Assembly (NCBI GenBank): GCA_965248055.1
Contig: CBDFIJ010000004.1
Span: 2,144,001 to 2,208,000, forward strand
Origin: Candidatus Multivoradales bacterium
GTDB lineage: Bacteria > Acidobacteriota > Thermoanaerobaculia > Multivoradales > JAHEKO01
Reading direction: 5' to 3'
DNA length: 64,000 nt
Shown here: in pieces, positions 10,206-19,414 of the stretch
How the letters are laid out: the number at the start of each line of letters is the position of its first letter
Position numbering within the stretch: the stretch's first letter is position 1
Position numbers and translations under genes: made by a program
Notes under the pieces: generated by a model
What the model was told of the DNA's origin: nothing
The model's input: only the letters and a program-made list of their open reading frames with translations
The model's database searches: none

Positions 10206-11642
10206 TTACAGCCCAGCTAAAACTCTGCGCGGCAGGTTGTCAAACGAACCGGAGGACATGGTCAAGACCAGGTCCCCAGCTCGTACGGTCGCCAAGGTGA
10301 GCTCCAAGAGTTGGTCGTTGGATTCTGCACAGGTCGCCTCGCCTTGACGACTACGCAGTTCTTCCGCCAGCCGATCCAAGTCCAGCCTTTGATCGTCGCT
10401 CAGTCGTCCGGCGTGGAAGATCGGTGCTAGCAGCACGACTTCTGCTTCGGAGAAAGCGTCCAGGTAAGCCTGAAAGAACATCTCTCGTCCGGCGGTGAGG
10501 CTGCGGGGTTCAAAAAGAACCACCAGCCTTCTTCCGGGGTAGGCGGCCCGAGCTCCCTTAAGCGTGGTGGCAATTGCGGTGGGGTGATGAGCAAAGTCAT
10601 CGACCACCACCACGTCGTTAGCTTGACCGACCATTTCCATGCGTCGTTTGACCCCCTCAAACCGGCCAAGGGCTGTCGAGACTTCACTGGGCAGATAGTT
10701 GTCCATGCGCAGGGCACCGTAGACCGCAAGGGCGTTTTCCACGTTGTGACGACCGGCGATGTTTAGATGCACCAGCATCGGCTCCTCATCCACCATCCTG
10801 ACTACGAAACGCTGACCTTCAGCGTCCGCTTCCAAGTCTTCGGCGCGTAGGTCTAGATTGCTGTCGGCGTCACCAATTCCGTAGGTCAAAACCGGTGCAC
10901 GAGCGCCGTCCAACACCTCCTCGATCCCAGGAGCGGTGCCGCAAGCGAGAATGAGTCCGTTCTCCGGCACGATCGAGACCAATTGACGATAGGCGTTGAG
11001 CAGTGACTGGTGATCCGGATAGAGATCGGCATGATCCCATTCGACGCTGGTCAGAATCAGGGTATGCGGTCGGTAGTGGAGAAACTTCGGTCCACGGTCG
11101 AAGTAAGCGGCGTTGTATTCGTCGCCCTCGATGATGAAGCGATCCCCGGTGCCAGCGTTGAAACTCCGACTCAGGTTGGTGGGGATCCCGCCGATCAGAT
11201 AGCCAGGATCGTGGTGTAAATCGGAATACGCCCAGGCTGCGATCGAAGTGGTAGTGGTCTTACCGTGGGTACCCGCGATCACCAACGGTTTCCGATCCTC
11301 CAGGAAGAATCGCGCCAATGCTTGAGGCATCGAAATGCGTTCAATTCCACGATTCTCGACCTCGACCGCCTCGACGTGGGTCCGCGGAACCGCATTGCCG
11401 ATCACCGCCAAGTCTGGGTCGACCTGATTTAGATTGGCGGGGTTATAGCCAGTAATGGTTTCGATCCCGGCGTCCCCAAGCAGAGTACTCATCGGCGGAT
11501 AAATGGGCCCGTCCGATCCGGTTACTTGATGTCCAGCCTCCTTGAGCAAACACGCCAAAGGCGCCATGCCGGTACCGCCGATCGCGACTAAGTAGATCGA
11601 AGAGGGAGAAGTGCTCACAGCGTGGAGTTTGCCACACCGCAA
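10206..11642 (-). CDS. mpl: UDP-MurNAc:L-Ala-gamma-D-Glu-mDAP ligase (murein peptide ligase)
   Basis: IGGTGM, IYPPMS, AGTHGKTTTTS, IEGDEYNAAYFDRGPKF, DDFAHHPTAI, FEPRS. Confidence 0.88.
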   Translation of the reverse strand: MRCGKLHAVSTSPSSIYLVAIGGTGMAPLACLLKEAGHQVTGSDGPIYPPMSTLLGDAGIETITGYNPANLNQVDPDLAVIGNAVPRTHVEAVEVENRGIERISMPQALARFFLEDRKPLVIAGTHGKTTTTSIAAWAYSDLHHDPGYLIGGIPTNLSRSFNAGTGDRFIIEGDEYNAAYFDRGPKFLHYRPHTLILTSVEWDHADLYPDHQSLLNAYRQLVSIVPENGLILACGTAPGIEEVLDGARAPVLTYGIGDADSNLDLRAEDLEADAEGQRFVVRMVDEEPMLVHLNIAGRHNVENALAVYGALRMDNYLPSEVSTALGRFEGVKRRMEMVGQANDVVVVDDFAHHPTAIATTLKGARAAYPGRRLVVLFEPRSLTAGREMFFQAYLDAFSEAEVVLLAPIFHAGRLSDDQRLDLDRLAEELRSRQGEATCAESNDQLLELTLATVRAGDLVLTMSSGSFDNLPRRVLAGL

Positions 11643-11668
11643 GGCTACCGTTGAGCGATTGTCGATGG

Positions 11669-13480
11669 CTATTCGGAGACGAATTGGTTCAGATCGAGAC
11701 GCGCTGAGGTCACCCCCGAGGTTTCATTGAGGGTGTCGAAGAAGGCCCCGGTAAACAGGTATTCTCCCGGTGATAACTCGAAAGTAGTACTGACCTTGAA
11801 AGCGTCACTGGGGCGAATGCCCCGAGCATTGTCGACTCGTACTTCAGACGCTTCGAGTTCCCGAAGCTCGATCAATTGACCGTTGACTTGGTAGACCGCT
11901 ATGAAAGGCTCGAGTTTGGCGACCAGGTGATCACCATCCACCATCATTCCTATTTTGTGTGCAGGAGTCGCAATCGTGACGCGGGTCTCGATGTTCTTCC
12001 CGTCTTGGAGACCGCTTCCAGATAGATGGACCGGGAATGAACCATAGCTACCCGGTAATAAGGACATTCTCTCCACCTGATTGAGTAGTAGGGATCTCTT
12101 GTCGAGATCGACGTAGTTTCGTTGGTAGGACAAACGAGCCAACGGGTGGCCCTCCACTTTGACCTTGATGCGGTGGTGCAAACCATCCCTTCCGTGCGGC
12201 ACGAGTACCGTGACCTCATACACTGGCTCCTCAAAGGCACGATGGAAAACATACGAAGGATCGTTGAGAACCACCCGATGCCCACCGGTATGGATCGACA
12301 TGTTCCTGGCCAAGGAGCCCAAAGAAAGGAAGTGTTCATACCCCGAAGCCACAGCGGCGGTTTCCATGTACTCGCCTATCAAGCCCATGTCGCTGGCCGA
12401 ACTATCGGCAGACCCGTAGCGCAAGGTGAGACCAGACATGTCGGAGGCATGAAGAACGACTCCAGCCGCAGCAGCCAAGGAGCCCAGTTCCCAAGACGCG
12501 CGAGTCGCTTGGAAGACATCTTTGGCTGGACAGCCTTGGGGAACCGAGCTAAAGCTGGTCCCATGAACCCAAACGACCGTCTTGCGACCGGGGAGGGGAG
12601 ACAGACTTTCAACGAGTTGCCTTAGTTTGCTGGTCTGTCCGACCATCCACTCGGCCTGCATTCGGCAATCGGAGCCCCGAAATCTCTTGAGTTGTTCATC
12701 CTCACCTGTCGCGGTAGTTGGGCCGGCATTGGTTTGAGACGGATGTGACGCGGCATTGAATTCCCTTGCCTTTTGCACCCACGCTGATTCACTCGGGGAG
12801 GCGACGAACCGCCACACACGCGTCTCTTCGCTCCTCTTTTTCTTCAGCTCTTCTAGGGTTGTCTTGAGTGTCTCCGGGTCTTGAGTGGGCGAATCGAGCA
12901 GGCCGACCGCCCCGTCCAAAGTAGCAACGATCCATGTCCGTTCGGCCACCAGCCTGGAATTCTGGTCGACCCAACGCGAGATCTCGTCGACCGCGTTGAC
13001 AAAACGAATTCGGTTGTCGACGAAGTCAAACAGTAAGACGACGGTTTCTTGCTGCCGAGGGTTGGCCACCACAGGCTGTGGAGTTGGTGTTTGTTGCTCC
13101 GTTGTCTCAACTCTCGCTGAGGCAGTTGGTGTCGCCACACCTCGCGGATTGAGGACTTGGAAACGGACGATTTCTACCGGCTCTCCATCTTCGGTGACCG
13201 TGAAGTCACTCTGGGTCAGGTCGTCTACCGGTAACCCAAGACCGTTTTCAATCCTCACTTCCAAACGGACTTCGTGGACAGCAATACTCTCTTGAAAGAC
13301 AGGGGAAGATCCGCCTTGATCTTGACCTAGGACCACGCCAGAGGCCAATGAAAGTGACAGAAGAGCACCAATGATTGGTTGATAAGACCCCGTATGAGGA
13401 CAACACAAGCTACGTTTCGCCATAAAAAGACATGAAAAGCAATAACAATGCCGGATATCAGCTGGTGGGGTAGACGCCAA
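11669..13480 (-). CDS. VWFA-related acidobacterial domain protein (secreted)
   Basis: Signal peptide, VDDLTQSDFTVTEDGEPVEI, LSPLPGRKTVV, TGG, DGLHHRIKVKV; true start probably slightly downstream. Confidence 0.75.
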   Translation of the reverse strand: MASTPPADIRHCYCFSCLFMAKRSLCCPHTGSYQPIIGALLSLSLASGVVLGQDQGGSSPVFQESIAVHEVRLEVRIENGLGLPVDDLTQSDFTVTEDGEPVEIVRFQVLNPRGVATPTASARVETTEQQTPTPQPVVANPRQQETVVLLFDFVDNRIRFVNAVDEISRWVDQNSRLVAERTWIVATLDGAVGLLDSPTQDPETLKTTLEELKKKRSEETRVWRFVASPSESAWVQKAREFNAASHPSQTNAGPTTATGEDEQLKRFRGSDCRMQAEWMVGQTSKLRQLVESLSPLPGRKTVVWVHGTSFSSVPQGCPAKDVFQATRASWELGSLAAAAGVVLHASDMSGLTLRYGSADSSASDMGLIGEYMETAAVASGYEHFLSLGSLARNMSIHTGGHRVVLNDPSYVFHRAFEEPVYEVTVLVPHGRDGLHHRIKVKVEGHPLARLSYQRNYVDLDKRSLLLNQVERMSLLPGSYGSFPVHLSGSGLQDGKNIETRVTIATPAHKIGMMVDGDHLVAKLEPFIAVYQVNGQLIELRELEASEVRVDNARGIRPSDAFKVSTTFELSPGEYLFTGAFFDTLNETSGVTSARLDLNQFVSE

Positions 13481-13491
13481 CCGATCGAAAG

Positions 13492-14184
13492 CTAGCTATC
13501 GAGATCGGCGAGAGCTTGGGTCACCAAGAAGCGAGATGCTGCAAGAGCTAGGTCTTGGTCACCCCGAGAGATACTCACCTCCACCGCAACTCGCGCTTGA
13601 TCGGAACAAGCCTGCAGATATCCGATGCCGATGACCTGATCGTAGATCCACCAAGCCCGATCCCCTAGTTCTGATATTGGTTGTACCAGTTCGATCTTTT
13701 CCTCAGCGCCGTCGTTCTCGGGGTTGTTCGTTGGAACTTCGGGAGCCGAACAGAGAATTGATCCACCGGGAAAGTGTTGAGTTTGGCTGACATGGAGGGT
13801 GACTTCGTTGGAGTCCTCGGCGAAGCTCAACCAACTGCACGACTCGGTTTGAAATCCACCGTCAATCTCAAGGATTTCCTCGACAGCGTAGGAAGCGTAC
13901 TCCAGCGGGTTGCCCAGTAATTCTTCGACCTCGGCTTGGGTGATGACGCTGCAAGGGTAGTGGTCCGCTCCTGGCGCTGGGCCGGGAGCGAGCGGTTCGT
14001 CGTCCGCCCAATTAGGGGCTTGCGAGCTGTCCGCTGAGCCCGAGGATGCTGACGCATTTGCTTCCGACTCGTCCTTGCCGCAGGAAACCGTCGCAAGACC
14101 GACCAAGGTCACAAGAACAAGGATACTTTGTAGTTTGTAGGTCATCGTGAGGGCAGCTCCGTGGTGTTTGAATTTATCAGTCAC
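13492..14184 (-). CDS. Lipoprotein (DUF3558-like)
   Basis: Lipobox LATVSC; PCSVITQAEVEELLG, CSW, ISELGDRAWW. Confidence 0.65.
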   Translation of the reverse strand: MTDKFKHHGAALTMTYKLQSILVLVTLVGLATVSCGKDESEANASASSGSADSSQAPNWADDEPLAPGPAPGADHYPCSVITQAEVEELLGNPLEYASYAVEEILEIDGGFQTESCSWLSFAEDSNEVTLHVSQTQHFPGGSILCSAPEVPTNNPENDGAEEKIELVQPISELGDRAWWIYDQVIGIGYLQACSDQARVAVEVSISRGDQDLALAASRFLVTQALADLDS

Positions 14185-14249
14185 GGTTGTGCGGCGGCTC
14201 AGGTTTGGGCTAGCTTCGTGTTTGTTTCAGCTGAGCGAATTGCTAGCAG

Positions 14250-14480
14250 CGAGAGGGGATAAATCCCTTCCCTACAAAATCAAGGGGGATTTGTTGTTGG
14301 GTTTGGGTCGATTCTTGGTAGGGGAGGCCTTTGCGGCCTCCCCTCGGCATTCGGACAGGTCCTAGCGATCAGAACGGTCCCCCTTTTTGTCATCCCGGCG
14401 GGGGTTTGGGTTGGGAGCCGGGATCTATTCGAGAATTAGGGAGAGATTTCCGCCCCTCTCCCTCCCTCCCTCCCTCCCTC
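14250..14480. repeat. Second mosaic REP cluster plus (CCCT)n tract
   Basis: Same units as 9431-10190 (GAGGGGATAAATCCCTTCCCTAC, GTAGGGGAGGCCTTTGCGGCCTCCC, GTCATCCCGGCGGGGG..GCCGGGATCT). Confidence 0.8.
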
Positions 14481-14790
14481 CCTCCCGAGGGAATGACGAG
14501 GAGTTGGAGGGCGACCCCGACAATAGGAAGGGCGCGACATACTGATTGGTTCTCTCCGTCATCCTGAGCGACTTCCCTTCCTCCCGAGGGAATGACGAGG
14601 AGTTGGAGGACGACCCCTGACAATAGGAGAGCGCGACGTGCTGATTGGTTCTCTCCGTCATCCTGAGCGACTTCCCTTCCTCCCGAGGGAATGACGAGGA
14701 GTTGGAGGACGACCCCTGACAATAGGAGAGCGCGACGTGCTGATTGGTTCTCTCCGTCATCCTGAGCGAGCTTGCGAGTCGAAGGATCTC
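14481..14790. repeat. Three tandem 99-bp units built from REP halves, ending in a full GTCA-type REP (14756-14790)
   Basis: Units start at 14481, 14580 and 14679; 14756-14790 is identical to 9865-9899. Confidence 0.92.
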
Positions 14791-14865
14791 AACGGCCCGT
14801 GGTTGGCAAATACTGATCTCAACCTTTCCGTCCAGAGGAACCGGATCCGTTATGCTTTCCGACCG

Positions 14866-15933
14866 ATGAAAAGAGACTGTAGAAGCCACTCACAACACCT
14901 CGCCGCCACCGTATTGTTCCTGGTCGCACTAGGAGTGAGCCTTGGTTCGTCACCGACACTCGCAGCACCCAGGGCGGTGGCCATGACCACCATCGAAGAC
15001 GTCGGCCGCATTGACGACGCGAACGACGTTGACGTCGCATTCAAGATCCAAAATCAAGGAGACAGTGATCTCGACTTGGTCGACGTTGTCGCGGCCTGTG
15101 GCTGCACCGTGGTCGACTACGACCAGCGAATCGTCGCCGGTGCGACCGGGACAGTGCGGGTGACGTTGAAGCCGCAAGGTTACTCCGGGGCCTTGGCGCG
15201 CTCAGTGCGGGTGTACACCAACGATGCAGGCAACCCCTACATCGATTTCGTCATCAAAGCGGTGATCGCGCCGTCGGTCTACATGACCCCTGGTTATGCG
15301 CGCCTGGTGGCAATCGCTGGAGACCCAGTTGAGCCAGCGAAGCAAGTGATTTGGGCAGCGGATTTTGACGGCCTAGAGATTCTAGAGGCAACCACCAAAC
15401 TCGACTTTGTCGAGTTAGACGTGCGGCCTGCTGACGAGACTGAACGATCGGACCAGGGATCTGGCTCGCAATGGGTGGTCACTGCGCGACTCACAGGTAC
15501 CCCGCCAGCCGAGGAATTCAGCGATACGGTCACCATCCGCACCAACCATCCCCGTCGAGCCGACCTCCATTTGCCGTTGTTTGGCCAAATTCATGCGCCG
15601 CTTCGATCTCTGCCGGGCACCTTGCAATTGGGTTCCCATGCCTTGGGCTCTGAAATCGAAGCCTCGGTGCGCTTGGTCTCCATGCGCGAAGGGGATGAGG
15701 TTGAATGGGGTGAAGCAATCCTGGCCCCGGGGAATGCAACAGCGGAGGATACAGCTCCCGCGGCTGCCGGAACTGTCGAAACCTCCTATGAAGAAATCGA
15801 AGACCGTTACTACCTCGTCATGTTCTTTCGCGACTGGCCCCTTGGTCCGATCAACGCCGAGATTCTTGTCTCCACCGACAACCCGGAAATGCCGGTGTTG
15901 ACGATTCCGGTGGTTGGGGAGATTGTTGAGTAG
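14866..15933 (+). CDS. DUF1573-domain secreted Ig-like protein
   Basis: FKIQNQGDSDL..V.AACGCT..I.AGATG motif after a signal peptide; start moved from 14737 because that part is REP-derived. Confidence 0.8.
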   Translation: MKRDCRSHSQHLAATVLFLVALGVSLGSSPTLAAPRAVAMTTIEDVGRIDDANDVDVAFKIQNQGDSDLDLVDVVAACGCTVVDYDQRIVAGATGTVRVTLKPQGYSGALARSVRVYTNDAGNPYIDFVIKAVIAPSVYMTPGYARLVAIAGDPVEPAKQVIWAADFDGLEILEATTKLDFVELDVRPADETERSDQGSGSQWVVTARLTGTPPAEEFSDTVTIRTNHPRRADLHLPLFGQIHAPLRSLPGTLQLGSHALGSEIEASVRLVSMREGDEVEWGEAILAPGNATAEDTAPAAAGTVETSYEEIEDRYYLVMFFRDWPLGPINAEILVSTDNPEMPVLTIPVVGEIVE

Positions 15934-16062
15934 TCGCTTCGATTGGGAGAAGTACCGCGCGATCACTGCCAGTTCGGTGAGTTAATGCACTCCAATGACA
16001 AGAAAGGGAGTGCGGGCACTATTGCTAAGTCACACCGAAAGAGACCGGAACCCCGAGCGTTT

Positions 16063-16483
16063 GTCCTCAGCACGGCTCATACCGTGAGAGTGAGCCGAAG
16101 GATCTCTAGCCCTCGATGCAGGTTCAAAGACCCCTGATACGTCTTCTGGTATGTGCCCCGGACCTACTACGTTTACATCACAGCCAGCTGGACGCGGGTT
16201 CTCTATATCGGAATCACGTCGAATTTGCCCAGACGTATGAGCCAGCACCGTGTCGCCCAAACCGGATTTACCGCTCGCTACAAGGTTCGCCGACTGGTTT
16301 ATCTAGAAGAGTTCAGGGATCCTTACTCAGCGATCGCGTGCGAGAAACAACTCAAAGGTTGGCGAAGAGCGAAGAAACTGGCTCTTATTGAAGAGCAGAA
16401 TCCTGATTGGCGGGACCGTACCGGGAGTTTGGGTCTTTGAGATCCTTCGACCTCGCCGCTGCGCTCTGGTCGCTCAGGATGAC
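16063..16483. repeat. Inverted GTCA-type REPs flanking the GIY-YIG gene
   Basis: Degenerate plus-strand copy 16063-16106 ending GAAGGATCTC; minus-strand copy 16439-16483 (GAGATCCTTCGA..CGCTCAGGATGAC) overlapping the stop codon. Confidence 0.75.
16153..16440 (+). CDS. Small GIY-YIG nuclease (UPF0213-like)
   Basis: YYVYI...LYIGITSNLPRRMSQH...FTARY...LVYLE...AIACEKQLKGWRRAKKLALIEEQNPDW. Confidence 0.92.
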   Translation: MPRTYYVYITASWTRVLYIGITSNLPRRMSQHRVAQTGFTARYKVRRLVYLEEFRDPYSAIACEKQLKGWRRAKKLALIEEQNPDWRDRTGSLGL

Positions 16484-16684
16484 AAGACGGAAAGTAGCAC
16501 CGTTGGTAACGAATTGCCGAGGAACAGCCTCGTTGCTGAACAAGGAAAACGTCCGTGAATGGATTTGGTTTGGCACCCGTGATCCAACCGGAGTGTTAGG
16601 TCGGAGCCGAGCGGCAGGTTGTGATGGGCTCTGTCACACTCACTCTTTCTCTCATTGACAAACGGATGCGCCGGGGGCGAGCCG

Positions 16685-16880
16685 GCTCAATTTAGTCATC
16701 CTGAGCGACCCCGAGTCTTCGAGGGGAGTCGAAGGATCTCAGGAGATGGATTTAGGAAGCCGTCGCTGTGCGGGCGGAACTAGCTATCTCGACGGTTCCC
16801 ACATCGACGCCTCATCGTGCATCGCCGGTTTCTTGCGTCTTCCCGGGCGCTTGGACTCAACCGCTCCCAGAGCTTCGGCG
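16685..16880 (-). pseudogene. Duplicate of the rph 3' end plus its downstream REP (copy of 16966-17162)
   Basis: About 196-bp direct repeat; 6 substitutions in the coding part, 4 synonymous; REP 16695-16740 equals 16976-17021. Confidence 0.9.
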
Positions 16881-17065
16881 TCGATACCCAGATTAATGCA
16901 CATAGGTTGTTCGCAGAGGGTGGAGGATCTATCGCGTGAAAATAATAGAAGTTGTGACCGGGCTCGCTCAAATTAGTCATCCTGAGCGACCCCGAGTCTT
17001 CGAGGGGAGTCGAAGGATCTCAGCAGATGGATTTTGGAAGGTGTTTGCTGTGCTGGCGAAACTAG

Positions 17066-17884
17066 CTATCTCGACGGTTCCCACATCGATGCTTCATCGC
17101 GCATCGCCGGTTTCTTGCGTCTTCCCGGGCGCTTGGACTCGACCGCTTCCAGGGCTTCGGCGAGGACGCGGTTTTGCTCGGCAAACAAGGGCTTTAGGCC
17201 GAGGTCGGCGAGGTCTAACAGGCGATTGAGGGCTTCGCGGGAAAAGGTGGCGCGTTCGCCGGTACCCTGGACTTCGACCAGTTCGCCCGTAGAAGTCGCG
17301 ATGACGTTGAGGTCGACATCGGCTGCCTGATCTTCGATCGCCTCAAGATCAAGCAATTCAACCCCGTCAACGACGCCCACTGAGGTGGCCGCTATTTGGT
17401 GTTGGGCCGGCCAGCGTTTCAGGTCGCCGGTGAGGAAGGCCTTGGACAACGCTGAAATCGCGGCGACGTAGGCTCCGGTGATCGAGGCGGTACGGGTTCC
17501 CCCATCGGCCTGCAAGACATCGCAGTCGAGGGTCAGGGTCCAGCCGGGCATTTTGCTCAGGTCAACCGCTGCGCGCAAGCTGCGCCCAATCAGCCGTTGG
17601 ATCTCTGAGGTGCGCCCGCGCGGGCGACCTCTTTGAACCTCACGTGGAGATCTGCGACTGGTCGCGCGCGGCAGCATCGAGTACTCGGCGGTCATCCAAC
17701 CTGATTTCTCAGGGTCCAGAAACCGCGGCACGCTCTGTTCCAAGCTGGCGGTGACCACCACCTGGGTGTCGCCACAGTGGACCATTGCTGACCCGTCGGC
17801 AAACTTCATGGCATCGAGATCGATACGAAAGGGGCGGGGTTGATCTAGGGCCCGTCCGCCGGGCCGAGTGAAAGCGTTATTCAT
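17066..17884 (-). CDS. rph: Ribonuclease PH
   Basis: GWMTAEYSMLPRAT, GRTSEIQRLIGRSLRAAVD, DCDVLQADGGTRTASITG, EVQGTGE. Confidence 0.97.
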   Translation of the reverse strand: MNNAFTRPGGRALDQPRPFRIDLDAMKFADGSAMVHCGDTQVVVTASLEQSVPRFLDPEKSGWMTAEYSMLPRATSRRSPREVQRGRPRGRTSEIQRLIGRSLRAAVDLSKMPGWTLTLDCDVLQADGGTRTASITGAYVAAISALSKAFLTGDLKRWPAQHQIAATSVGVVDGVELLDLEAIEDQAADVDLNVIATSTGELVEVQGTGERATFSREALNRLLDLADLGLKPLFAEQNRVLAEALEAVESKRPGRRKKPAMRDEASMWEPSR

Positions 17885-18024
17885 GGTTCGATTATGACAG
17901 TGGCTGCTGCGACGGTGTCACCTGAGATGCTCTTGCGTTGCGGCGATGGGCTTGCGTGAGTGGGATCGGGAGGTTGAACTTCCAGCCCCAGATCGGACCC
18001 TGACAGTAGGCAATATTCAACGTC

Positions 18025-18846
18025 TTACCCCACGACTTCGACTTGTTCCAGAGTCACCTGTTGATCGCCCAGTACTCGTCGCGCAATCTCCTGGAAACGG
18101 CCCGCGGTGTCGGTGGCGAAAAAACGATCCGGGAGGGTCCGTGCTGACGCCAATGTGCCTTGAGACTCCAGGTCGTTGGCGACTCGTTCCGAAACGGATT
18201 CAGCAGAGTCCACCAAGGTCACCTGGTCACCCATGATTTCGGCAATGGCCCCCTTGAGCATCGGGTAGTGGGTGCAGCCGAGCACCAAAGTGTCTACCTC
18301 GAACTCTGCTGCTTCTGAAAGATAGCGCTGCAAAACTTCCCGGGTGACCGGATCGTTGTGCCACCCGGTCTCCACCAACGGCACCAACAAAGGGCAGGCT
18401 CTGTTCCAGATATCAAGGTCGTCGCGAAAATGCTCCAAGGCTCGTTGGTAGGCTCCCGACTCAATGGTCGACTCGGTGGCAATCACCCCAACTCGGCCCC
18501 GGGTTACACGCGCCGCGGCTTCCGCGCCAGGCTCAATCACCCGCCACACCGGAACTGCCAATCTGACTTCCAGGTCGACATCCAACTCCACCGCCGAAGC
18601 GGTGTTGCAGGCGATGACGATGCCTTTTACCTCTCGGTCGGCCAAGAACTGCAAATTGCGCTCGGCGTAGCGGCGCACGGTTTCCGGTGACTTAGTGCCG
18701 TACGGCAGTCGGGCGGTGTCACCCAGGTAGAGAAACGATTCATTGGGCATGCGCTTGCGTAGCGCTGCTACCACTGTCAGTCCACCAACCCCAGAGTCGA
18801 AGACACCGATCGGCCGATGGGTCACCGAATCTGGTGATGGGGTCAT
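18025..18846 (-). CDS. murI: Glutamate racemase
   Basis: IGVFDSGVGGLTV, DTARLPYGTKS, IACNTAS, LGCTHYP. Confidence 0.97.
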   Translation of the reverse strand: MTPSPDSVTHRPIGVFDSGVGGLTVVAALRKRMPNESFLYLGDTARLPYGTKSPETVRRYAERNLQFLADREVKGIVIACNTASAVELDVDLEVRLAVPVWRVIEPGAEAAARVTRGRVGVIATESTIESGAYQRALEHFRDDLDIWNRACPLLVPLVETGWHNDPVTREVLQRYLSEAAEFEVDTLVLGCTHYPMLKGAIAEIMGDQVTLVDSAESVSERVANDLESQGTLASARTLPDRFFATDTAGRFQEIARRVLGDQQVTLEQVEVVG

Positions 18847-18868
18847 AACTTCTCTGTCACCGCTGCGG

Positions 18869-19414
18869 TCAAGGATTGGGCGCCCAAGCTTGATCCAAGC
18901 TCACTGGTCGGGTGGTGTCGAGGTGGCCACCAAAACTCTCCGGCTGACGACCGTTCCACAGAACCACCATTCGTTGGACCTCCGGTACGTTGGTAGAAAC
19001 CGAACGCAGCAAACTGGCAAACATCTCCGCTTCTTGGCGGCTACCCATTTGCGGTGGGTTGGGGTAGGTGTCGGACAACAACTCAACAGTGCAAGTACCA
19101 TCGGAATCAACGAAGACACCGTCGACCACGGTACCGGCAGGCAACGGAGCGTAGAACTGTGACCCAGTGGGCCCGCCAATCAAGGTCTCGACCACCCGCT
19201 GGGCTCGAGCGTCACCGCCCGCCGGCAAGTCTGCAACCTGGTGACTCTCTTCGGCCACCCAGCCTTGCTCAACAGGAAAGTACAGACGGATGGTTTCGGT
19301 GACGCTTTCCGTGGCGCTTGAATCAGCTCTATTGCCGGACCAGAACCACATCGCTGCGGCTAGCACGATGGCCACGGCTGCGGCCAGAAAGATCAGCATG
19401 CGCGTCTGACTCAT
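18869..19414 (-). CDS. GerMN (sporulation/germination) domain protein
   Basis: TM anchor, IRLYFP, VETLIGGP, PLPAGT, GGHLD; conserved position between amidase and murI. Confidence 0.85.
   Translation of the reverse strand: MSQTRMLIFLAAAVAIVLAAAMWFWSGNRADSSATESVTETIRLYFPVEQGWVAEESHQVADLPAGGDARAQRVVETLIGGPTGSQFYAPLPAGTVVDGVFVDSDGTCTVELLSDTYPNPPQMGSRQEAEMFASLLRSVSTNVPEVQRMVVLWNGRQPESFGGHLDTTRPVSLDQAWAPNP

Noticed and set aside
14481-14790. Possible CRISPR array
   Set aside because: Whole 99-bp units repeat with no unique spacers; no cas genes in the window
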